A DNA stretch of 64,000 nucleotides, from contig CBDDOO010000002.1 of assembly GCA_965231905.1 (NCBI GenBank), positions 138,192-202,191 of the forward strand, read 5' to 3'. The DNA comes from Arenicellales bacterium. Lineage in GTDB: Bacteria; Pseudomonadota; Gammaproteobacteria; Arenicellales; Poriferihabitantaceae. The translations under genes were made by a program, and so were the position numbers. The notes beneath the pieces were generated by a model. It saw only the letters and a program-made list of their open reading frames with translations. It did no database searches and had not been told where the DNA came from. Below, one piece after another: positions 49,066 through 57,077 of this stretch (positions are counted from its first letter, which is position 1; each line of letters begins with the position of its first letter).

Positions 49066-50261
49066 GGAAAGTCTGAACAATACGAGTTTTGGGGATTTTG
49101 GGTAGTCATTTTTGTAAATCCGGGATATGAGTGGGTCTGAAAGACAGAATGGCCCGGAATCAGTGAGCGGGAGCGGGGAAATACAAGCATTCTCCCCCTC
49201 TTTTCATTTTTCAGGCGTACGTAGCCTGCAGTTTCAACCGCCTTTGTCTCAACAGTACTTTCTTCGCCATCACCAGATTGCTTAAGGCACAGGCCACAAC
49301 CAGTCGATGCGTGTTCTTCTCCAGCCCCCGGTAACGAACCCGGGTAAAACCGAACTGCCGCTTGAGAATACCGAACTGATGTTCCACCTTCGACCGTATC
49401 CGGGACTTGGTTCGATTCTTCAAGCGCTCCTTCTCCGTCAATTTGCGGTAGCGCGTCCCCTTCGAATGAGTGAAATCCTTCGCCTCCGGCGCTACCTGTG
49501 AAATCACCGCCTTCTGACCCGTATAGGCCGAGTCTCCCCATACACGGGTCTCTTTCCCGTGCAGAAGTTCCGGCAGAACCTGTGAATCATGAACATTCGC
49601 CGGCGTAGCCACCACCGAATGAATCAGCTTGCTGCGACTGTCCACACCGATATGCGCCTTCATACCAAAGTACCATTGCTGCCCCTTGCGCGTCGAGTGC
49701 ATCTGGGGGTCTCGTTTCTTCTCCCGGTTCTTGGTCGAACTCGGTGCGCAGATGATGCTGGCATCCACGATCGTACCCCGATTCACCTTCAGTCCGTTCT
49801 CACCCAAATATTCATTGACCAGTCCGAACAATCGTTCCCCCAGGTTATGCTTCTCCATCAGATGACGAAACTTGCAGATCGTGGTCTCGTCGGGAGCCGG
49901 CTCCCGACCCAGGTCTATGCCCACAAACCGGCGCATCGACAACGAATCGTACAACGCTTCCTCGGCAGCCGGGTCCGAAAGACTGAACCAGTGTTGCAGA
50001 AAGTGAATCCGAAGCATCCGGTCTATTCCAATCGGCCTGCGGCCTGCCCCTTGCGGTTTGGGATAAAAAGGTTCGATGACTGCATTCAACTCCACCCACG
50101 GAATGATTTGCTCCATCTCATCCAGAAAACGCTCCTTGCGCGTCTGTTTCTTGTATTTGTCAAATCCAGCTTCGGAAAAAGTACTCTGGCGCATCGGAAA
50201 TATCTCCAGTCAGTATGAAGTACAAAAATTATACAATAGAAACTGATTAATCAGAGATTCC
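49066..50261 (-). mobile_element. IS5-family insertion sequence, copy 2 (1196 bp)
   Basis: Same ends as copy 1. TTAA on both sides (49062-49065 and 50262-50265). Confidence 0.9.
49211..50194 (-). CDS. IS5-family DDE transposase
   Basis: The 327-aa protein is identical to copies 1 and 3. Three nucleotide differences were seen, all synonymous. Confidence 0.92.
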   Translation of the reverse strand: MRQSTFSEAGFDKYKKQTRKERFLDEMEQIIPWVELNAVIEPFYPKPQGAGRRPIGIDRMLRIHFLQHWFSLSDPAAEEALYDSLSMRRFVGIDLGREPAPDETTICKFRHLMEKHNLGERLFGLVNEYLGENGLKVNRGTIVDASIICAPSSTKNREKKRDPQMHSTRKGQQWYFGMKAHIGVDSRSKLIHSVVATPANVHDSQVLPELLHGKETRVWGDSAYTGQKAVISQVAPEAKDFTHSKGTRYRKLTEKERLKNRTKSRIRSKVEHQFGILKRQFGFTRVRYRGLEKNTHRLVVACALSNLVMAKKVLLRQRRLKLQATYA

Positions 50262-50274
50262 TTAATCATGATGA

Positions 50275-51470
50275 GGAAAGTCTGAACAATACGAGTTTTG
50301 GGGATTTTGGGTAGTCATTTTTGTAAATCCGGGATATGAGTGGGTCTGAAAGACAGAATGGCCCGGAATCAGTGAGCGGGAGCGGGGAAATACAAGCATT
50401 CTCCCCCTCTTTTCATTTTTCAGGCGTACGTAGCCTGCAGTTTCAACCGCCTTTGTCTCAACAGTACTTTCTTCGCCATCACCAGATTGCTTAAGGCACA
50501 GGCCACAACCAGTCGATGCGTGTTCTTCTCCAGCCCCCGGTAACGAACCCGGGTAAAACCGAACTGCCGCTTGAGAATACCGAACTGATGTTCCACCTTC
50601 GACCGTATCCGGGACTTGGTTCGATTCTTCAAGCGCTCCTTCTCCGTCAATTTGCGGTAGCGCGTCCCCTTCGAATGAGTGAAATCCTTCGCCTCCGGCG
50701 CTACCTGTGAAATCACCGCCTTCTGACCCGTATAGGCCGAGTCTCCCCATACACGGGTCTCTTTCCCGTGCAGAAGTTCCGGCAGAACCTGTGAATCATG
50801 AACATTCGCCGGCGTAGCCACCACCGAATGAATCAGCTTGCTGCGACTGTCCACACCGATATGCGCCTTCATACCAAAGTACCATTGCTGCCCCTTGCGC
50901 GTCGAGTGCATCTGGGGGTCTCGTTTCTTCTCCCGGTTCTTGGTCGAACTCGGTGCGCAGATGATGCTGGCATCCACGATCGTACCCCGATTCACCTTCA
51001 GTCCGTTCTCACCCAAATATTCATTGACCAGTCCGAACAATCGTTCCCCCAGGTTATGCTTCTCCATCAGATGACGAAACTTGCAGATCGTGGTCTCGTC
51101 GGGAGCCGGCTCCCGACCCAGGTCTATGCCCACAAACCGGCGCATCGACAACGAATCGTACAACGCTTCCTCGGCAGCCGGGTCCGAAAGACTGAACCAG
51201 TGTTGCAGAAAGTGAATCCGCAACATCCGGTCTATTCCAATCGGCCTGCGGCCTGCCCCTTGCGGTTTGGGATAAAAAGGCTCGATGACTGCATTCAACT
51301 CCACCCACGGAATGATTTGCTCCATCTCATCCAGAAAACGCTCCTTGCGCGTCTGTTTCTTGTATTTGTCAAATCCAGCTTCGGAAAAAGTACTCTGGCG
51401 CATCGGAAATATCTCCAGTCAGTATGAAGTACAAAAATTATACAATAGAAACTGATTAATCAGAGATTCC
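50275..51470 (-). mobile_element. IS5-family insertion sequence, copy 3 (1196 bp)
   Basis: Same ends as copy 1. Left flank is ATGA and right flank is TTAA, so there is no matched target duplication. Confidence 0.9.
50420..51403 (-). CDS. IS5-family DDE transposase
   Basis: Identical to the copy 1 protein. Confidence 0.92.
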   Translation of the reverse strand: MRQSTFSEAGFDKYKKQTRKERFLDEMEQIIPWVELNAVIEPFYPKPQGAGRRPIGIDRMLRIHFLQHWFSLSDPAAEEALYDSLSMRRFVGIDLGREPAPDETTICKFRHLMEKHNLGERLFGLVNEYLGENGLKVNRGTIVDASIICAPSSTKNREKKRDPQMHSTRKGQQWYFGMKAHIGVDSRSKLIHSVVATPANVHDSQVLPELLHGKETRVWGDSAYTGQKAVISQVAPEAKDFTHSKGTRYRKLTEKERLKNRTKSRIRSKVEHQFGILKRQFGFTRVRYRGLEKNTHRLVVACALSNLVMAKKVLLRQRRLKLQATYA

Positions 51471-51474
51471 TTAA

Positions 51475-52031
51475 GAGTTCAAAACCCAAATCTCCATGTA
51501 ATAGCCGTTGATCATAATCTGAGCGTATTATTTGGACCGACGTCAGATAGTGTCTCAGAGCTTTGTAGGGAGAGTTATAACAGCCTACTCGGAATGGGAG
51601 CAGATATAGTGTCTCAAAACTTAGACCATACACAGTGCGATGAAGTACATTGGATCCCTGTTTCAAAAATGGTGGAAGCTGTTCATTATATTCACAGGAA
51701 ATATGGAGTATTAGTTGGGCCTACGGGTGGTGCGGCTCATGTGGCTGCGGATTGGTATGCAAAAACAAATCCAGGAAAGCGAGTATTTACGGTATTCCCG
51801 GACCATGGTGTGAGATATGCAGACACTATTTTCAACTATCACTGGCTAAGAAGACATAATGTAGATTTGGAGAGGAAGTATAGCAACCCAACTACGGTAA
51901 TTTGTCCAACTAAAGTGGGTGCAGGATGGGAACGATTCCCTTGGGGACGTCGTACATATAAAGAAATACTTGGACACTCTCCAGTACCAAGGTCCGGTAA
52001 TAGGAAAAACTTTGGCAAGGATGCTGCTTAA
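51475..52031 (+). pseudogene. C-terminal fragment of a fold-type II PLP enzyme (CysK/CBS/SbnA-like)
   Basis: The frame is open from the IS junction: RVQNPNLHVIAVDHNLSVLFG...GMGADIVSQNLD...DEVHWIPVSKMVEAV...GVLVGPTGGAAHVAA...VFTVFPDHGVRY. The N-terminal half, including the PLP lysine, is absent. Confidence 0.75.
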
Positions 52032-52057
52032 CTAGGAATAATTTTGAGGAGAAGAAA

Positions 52058-52786
52058 ATGCGAAACAGTTATCTTAGCGCAGAACAGCTCTATAACAAAC
52101 TAAGCGAGATATATAAGTCAACTGATGAGGATTGGAATGAATGGGTAAGACAAACCCAGACAATACAGGAAGTTTTGCTCAGAGAATACTGCCCAAACGT
52201 AAGAACCATACTCGACTGTGCGGCAGGCATAGGTACACAGTCGTTAATTTACTCTAGTATGGGATATGAGGTTACAGCAACCGATATCTCGGAGAAATCC
52301 TTGGTTAAATTAGAGAACGAGGCCCGAAACAAGAATCTAGATGTCGTCACAAAAAAATGTGAATGGTCGAATTTGGCAAATATTTTCTCGAGGGAATCTT
52401 TTGATTTGGTAGTTTGTTTTGCGAATTCATTGGCCCATTGTCCAGATAATAAGTCGCTCGTTGAGGCAGTTAGCAATATGTCTAGAGTACTTAAAAAAGA
52501 TGGGAAGATCCTGTTAAGTGTCAGAGACTACGACGTAATAATTAAAGAAAGAATAACCGGAACACCAGCAGATAGAAAAGAGGCAGATATTTATTATCAG
52601 GAATGGGAATGGGTGGATAATCTACGTTACCATGCAGAGTGGTTTATACGCGCAGAATCTCAAGGAAAAACACTAATGAGAGCAATATGCAAAGAAGAAA
52701 TAATTGAGATAGGAAAATTATTGGATCTACGAGTGAAATTTAGAAAAGATCTTTACGAAATGGTAGTTGTTATACTAACTAAGTGA
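52058..52786 (+). CDS. class I SAM-dependent methyltransferase, glycine/sarcosine N-methyltransferase-like
   Basis: 242 aa. ILDCAAGIGTQSL (motif I), VTATDISEKSL, DLVVCFANSLAHCPD and VLKKDGKILLSVRDYD resemble GNMT-type enzymes. AT-rich. Confidence 0.65.
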   Translation: MRNSYLSAEQLYNKLSEIYKSTDEDWNEWVRQTQTIQEVLLREYCPNVRTILDCAAGIGTQSLIYSSMGYEVTATDISEKSLVKLENEARNKNLDVVTKKCEWSNLANIFSRESFDLVVCFANSLAHCPDNKSLVEAVSNMSRVLKKDGKILLSVRDYDVIIKERITGTPADRKEADIYYQEWEWVDNLRYHAEWFIRAESQGKTLMRAICKEEIIEIGKLLDLRVKFRKDLYEMVVVILTK

Positions 52787-52898
52787 CCTGGTTATTTTCG
52801 TTTGTCTAGTGATTTCGTATAGACTACTAAACACGACGGCCCACTTCTGTGTAAATGTTGTCGCATAGATTTTTTGTTAGAGTAATCGGTAACAGTAT

Positions 52899-54053
52899 AT
52901 GAGGCAACTTGATGAGACAGATATATGTGCAGAACTTAGTTGGTGTCAAGTCTCTCAATATCTAAAGTGGAAAACCGTCAAGGATGGATATTTGCCTATG
53001 GATAGTGGAGAGCATGATTATAGACCTGCCGATCAGGTAAAAAAGTACTTGTTGGAAGCTCTTGATCGCAATCAGATGTCATATGGTCCTTTAACAGGAC
53101 TAGAAGAAGCAATATCTTGTACGACCAAATTACAATCACATCAGCATGATTATCTGTTATCTCCAGAGTGTTTCACATTTTGCCCATCGGCCACAGTAGC
53201 GTTGGCTCTTTGTTCTGGGGCGTTACTAGCACCGAATGATCATGCTATATTCCTAGGATCCCCAATCTATTATGCCCTAATTAATCCAGTGCTCTCCCTG
53301 GGGGCTGATACAACTATTGTGCCGTTTACAAAAAGCGGGGATGTGGATATCGGAAACTTGGAAGGTTCAATTAGAACTAATACAAAAATAATATTTATTA
53401 CAAACCCACATAGCCCGACTGGAGAAACGTATAGTTTAGAAGATCTGCGAAAAGTTGCGTCAATATGTGAAAAAAATAATATAGTCGTAATATCAGATGA
53501 AGTATATGAACATTTTGTTATGGAAGGGCAACATACGCCTTTATACAAGAGTCATGATTATTTTCTAAAGAATGGCATAGTGATCAGTAGCCTTTCTAAG
53601 TGTTTTAATGTTACAGGCGCAGGTGCAGCATTTTTAGTTGCCAATCCACATTTAATAAAGGCTATCGAAAATTATTATGGTGGTCCGATTTTCATGACTT
53701 CGATCATTGCTCAACTAATTACACAAGGCTGTGCCGAATTTTCAGAATGGATTCCAGAATTTGTTAATAAATTAAAAATATCTAGAGATAAAATAGTACG
53801 AGGCCTTTCTAATCTTCCAAGAATAAATTTTATATCGCCTGATGCAGGAATGTTTATTTGGATCACAATTGATTACAAAAATTCAAAACCGGTATGCGAG
53901 GCGTTAGCTGAACAAGCTAAAATTAAAGTCTATCCATCTACATATTTTGCTGGTGGTGAACCCAACCAAGTACGAGTGAACTTTGCTACACACCCAGAAG
54001 TAATTGAAGTATTTTTAGAACGCTTTGGAATTTGGTTGACATCTCGTACGTAA
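52899..54053 (+). CDS. class I/II PLP-dependent aminotransferase
   Basis: 384 aa. FITNPHSPTGE, ISDEVYEHF and SSLSKCFNVTGAG (SxSK PLP lysine). The last ~6 codons lie inside the inferred end of the adjacent IS. Confidence 0.8.
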   Translation: MRQLDETDICAELSWCQVSQYLKWKTVKDGYLPMDSGEHDYRPADQVKKYLLEALDRNQMSYGPLTGLEEAISCTTKLQSHQHDYLLSPECFTFCPSATVALALCSGALLAPNDHAIFLGSPIYYALINPVLSLGADTTIVPFTKSGDVDIGNLEGSIRTNTKIIFITNPHSPTGETYSLEDLRKVASICEKNNIVVISDEVYEHFVMEGQHTPLYKSHDYFLKNGIVISSLSKCFNVTGAGAAFLVANPHLIKAIENYYGGPIFMTSIIAQLITQGCAEFSEWIPEFVNKLKISRDKIVRGLSNLPRINFISPDAGMFIWITIDYKNSKPVCEALAEQAKIKVYPSTYFAGGEPNQVRVNFATHPEVIEVFLERFGIWLTSRT

Positions 54054-54826
54054 ACTTTTGTAAGCTTCCCCGAAACTCAATACAACCGTATTGCCTCGCT
54101 ACTCCCGAAGCAGCGAGGCAATGTCAGTTTTTCGAATCTGCAAGTGCTCAACGGCATTCTGTATGTGGCAGAGCACGGCTGCAAGTGGCGTGGTCTGCCG
54201 GAGCGGTTCGGCAATTGGCACACGATCTACACACGAATGAACCGATGGTCGAAGAACGGCGTTCTGGACCGGGTGTTCGAACAACTGCAGCGAGACCAGA
54301 TCGTTCGAATCAAAGTCGAGGCGTTTGGTCTCGACAGCGCCAGCATCAAGGTACACCCGGACGGCACGGGCGCCCGAAAAAAAACGGAGCGCAATCCATC
54401 GGCAAGTCCCGTGGCGGCTGGAACACCAAGCTTCATATGGTTGCCGCGGATGCTCGAACAGCGACTGCCTTCACGCTCTCCCCCGGTAACGCCCATGATG
54501 CCCCGGAGGGACGAAAGCTCCTGAGCCGACTGGAGAAACCATCGAACAGCCCGGCGCTGATCATGGATCGGGCATACGAAGACGATGCCACTCGCCAGTG
54601 GGTACTCAACTGCGGATTCATTCCTGTGGTTCCACCAAAGAGCAACCGGGTCGCTCCCTGGCAGTACGACCGGGAACTCTACAAGCGGCGAAACGAGGTA
54701 GAGCGGTTGTTCCGGCGGCTCAAAGGCTTCCGCAGGATCTTCTCACGCTTCGACAAACTCGATGTCATCTTCCTCGGATTCATCGTTTTCGTGCTCATCA
54801 TTGATTTATTACGATAGTGTTAACAC
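54035..54826 (+). mobile_element. small IS5-family element (IS427/IS1031-like); boundaries tentative
   Basis: Abrupt AT-rich to GC-rich switch near 54040. Imperfect terminal repeats: GTTGACATCTCGTACGTAAA on the left and, on the reverse complement of the right end, GTTAACACTATCGTAATAAA. Confidence 0.5.
54144..54817 (+). CDS. IS5-family transposase OrfAB; needs a -1 frameshift at the A8 run (54377-54384)
   Basis: Frame A reads ...VLNGILYVAEHGCKWRGLPERFGNWHTIYTRMNRW...IKVHPDGTGARKK. Frame B continues NGAQSIGKSRGGWNTKLHMVAAD...IMDRAYEDD...NEVERLFRRLKGFRRIFSRFDK. No canonical start codon precedes the conserved LPETQYNRIASLLP segment (54069-54110). Confidence 0.7.
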
Positions 54827-54896
54827 GCCCTAGTAGAGACTCCCGGTAGAATAACCGCAGGAGGTACTCGTGAGAAAATCGCACGGTTCTATGAGG

Positions 54897-55571
54897 GACG
54901 GGGCGCGACAACGGGAGAGTATAAAGATTTCTGTGTAAATGGTCGTGGATCATGTCAGACAGGCACCCTGTCACCGTACAGGATAATAAACTGATTGAGT
55001 GCAGCCTTCCAGTCCCGGATCGGCATGGTCCATTTTTTCGATGCGTTTTTCAATCCCAGGTACAGTAATTTCCGGATGGTGTCATCATGGGGAAAGGCTC
55101 CTCGCCCCTGGATGATCTTCCTCAGACGCTCCCAGTTCCGCTCCCAGCCCGACGTGGTCGCCGAATAGTGCTCACCCCAGTGTCCGGCAAACGCACCCAG
55201 GGCAACTCTGACGGCCTCCACCGTCGGTGCCGTGTAGACCGCCCGCAGGTCAGCGGCTACCCGCTTGCGATCTTTCCAAGTGACGCACCTCAAGCTGTTG
55301 CGGACCTGATGCACGATACACAACTGAACCTGGGTATGCGGATACACGGTCTCAATGGTTTCCGGCAGTCCCTTCAACCACGCATTTTCGAAGTTGATTC
55401 ATCAGGCCGTCCAGACCCATAACCGCTTCGGTATTGCCCTTGAAATCTTCGAGAAGCTCGTCGAGTAGGAATTCTTGTTTTTCAGTCAGCTTGGTCATCT
55501 TTTCCCCTATGGGAAGTATAATGGATGACCATTTACACAGTTTTGTTTACACCCTCGGCAACGGCCCCGTC
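54897..55571 (-). mobile_element. internally deleted IS256-family element (675 bp)
   Basis: Terminal inverted repeats GACGGGGC...CTGTGTAAATGGTC are present at both ends (54897 onward, and the reverse complement of 55571 going inward). Only about 180 codons of transposase remain. Confidence 0.75.
54955..55497 (-). pseudogene. IS256-family (mutator-type) transposase remnant
   Basis: The N-terminal ~38 codons (MTKLTEKQEFLLDELLEDFKGNTEAVMGLDGLMNQLRK) are joined out of frame near 55380 to the C-terminal 140 codons (GLPETIETVYPHTQVQLCIVHQVRNS...). The catalytic middle is missing. Confidence 0.8.
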
Positions 55572-55579
55572 TACTCGGA

Positions 55580-56683
55580 CTACCGATGAAACAAATCTTT
55601 GATGGATAGGTTGGAGTAATACTTCGGTAAACTTTCAACTATTAGTCTATTATTTCGATCTAAATACTTTTTATCCATTGTTGTTTGAGCCCACCTGATA
55701 ACACGATCAATAAATGGGGTATCAACCCCTAACAAGACTGCAACATATTTAATAAAACACAACCCAAATGGAATGTCATCCTTGAAGTAACGATGGTTTG
55801 CGTCTGAATGAATGTTTCTATCAACTGTTATATTTTGTAACGACTCCGAATTGGCAATACATTGATGCATGTTGCTACCGCTTATGCCCCATCGATTGTT
55901 CCATTCAGAGAGGATCGAAGAGTTGTTTATATTTAACCTGTTATCTAATTCATTTAATGCGTCAACAACTTTTATTCTTTCATTGTCCAATTCCTCGACA
56001 GCCGCACCTGACATGTACGCTACGTTTCCATAAAAGTAAGGGCTTGATGAGTGTACTAAATATCGACCATAGCAAATCCCAGGATGCAACAAGCTGTTAG
56101 ACGGAAAGAAGCTTTCAGTCGAAAATGCTATAAGTCTAATATTTTTGGATTTGTCAGTATGTATGCTTCGAATCCACTCTAAGTGATCATCATAAATATT
56201 AGAGTTTTTGCGTATAGCCAAGTCACAGCTCTGATCTCCTGTATTGTTAACCCGCTCGCCATATTTCACTATACGACACACTCATGGAATTTGGACAAAT
56301 GCAAAACATGGATATCCATAACCAATTGTAAAATCCACCATTTTGTCAAATCTTGCTTGACCAAATATGGTGCCAACCAGAGTATTTTTTGAAATAAAGG
56401 GTGCCAAATTCGATAATATCTCGATTTGAACATGTACCGGGCTACATATAAAAACAACATTCGCAGATTTCACATGTTTGTAATCATTTGTTACTTTAAA
56501 AAATTCTCCATTAAAACACTTGTCAGTGGGTGTATAGCACATATCTACTCCGTAATCGGTCCATTCATTCGGACGGCGTGTAATTAATATCGTATTAATC
56601 TTGCTTCGCGTCAATAAATTAACTAGGACATGTGCACTGTTACCACCGCCAACAACAGCTACAGTTAAAGGGCCAGATTCCAT
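55580..56683 (-). pseudogene. opine (octopine/nopaline-type) dehydrogenase with an in-frame TGA
   Basis: ORFs 56282..56683 and 55580..56281 are contiguous in one frame, separated only by TGA (56282-56284). N-terminal Rossmann VAVVGGGNSAHVL. C-terminal HRYFKDDIPFGL...GVDTPFIDRVIRW resembles the Octopine_DH domain. Confidence 0.7.
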
Positions 56684-57042
56684 AAATGGTTCCGAAGCTA
56701 TGTGATTGGCAAAATGAATTTTTCGTGAATTTGTAAGATCATGTCGGATTAAATGTGAACAATACCCATAGTCATGAATATATTGATTAACGATTCGAGA
56801 GAAATTACATGGGTGAATTTATAGTGTTAAAAACACTTCTACAGCTAGCAAAAAACAAATAACACCAACAAAACTAAACCGCAAATTGTTACTGCATTAC
56901 TGAGCTCTCGACTTGTTAAAGAACCAGAACTAAATGATTTGGTAAATAATTAACTGATACCGCCAGTATCTGTTATGAGACAAGTAACGGACTTACTTCG
57001 AGGAAGGTAAGCCCCAATTCCGCGATAGAAGTGTTTTGGTAT

Positions 57043-57077
57043 ATTTTACTGCCCGGAATGTCAGACCTGACAGCCGG
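57043..57077 (+). repeat. 35-bp direct repeat, copy 2 (attR-like; mutM 3'-end look-alike)
   Basis: ATTTTACTGCCCGGAATGTCAGACCTGACAGCCGG. It still reads IFYCPECQT-stop. Confidence 0.85.

Noticed and set aside
56282-56284. The in-frame TGA of the opine dehydrogenase as a selenocysteine codon (the context would read P-U-V-C)
   Set aside because: I see no obvious SECIS-type hairpin directly downstream. I know of no Sec-containing members of this family. The gene sits in a cluster with several other inactivating lesions, so nonsense mutation is the simpler explanation.
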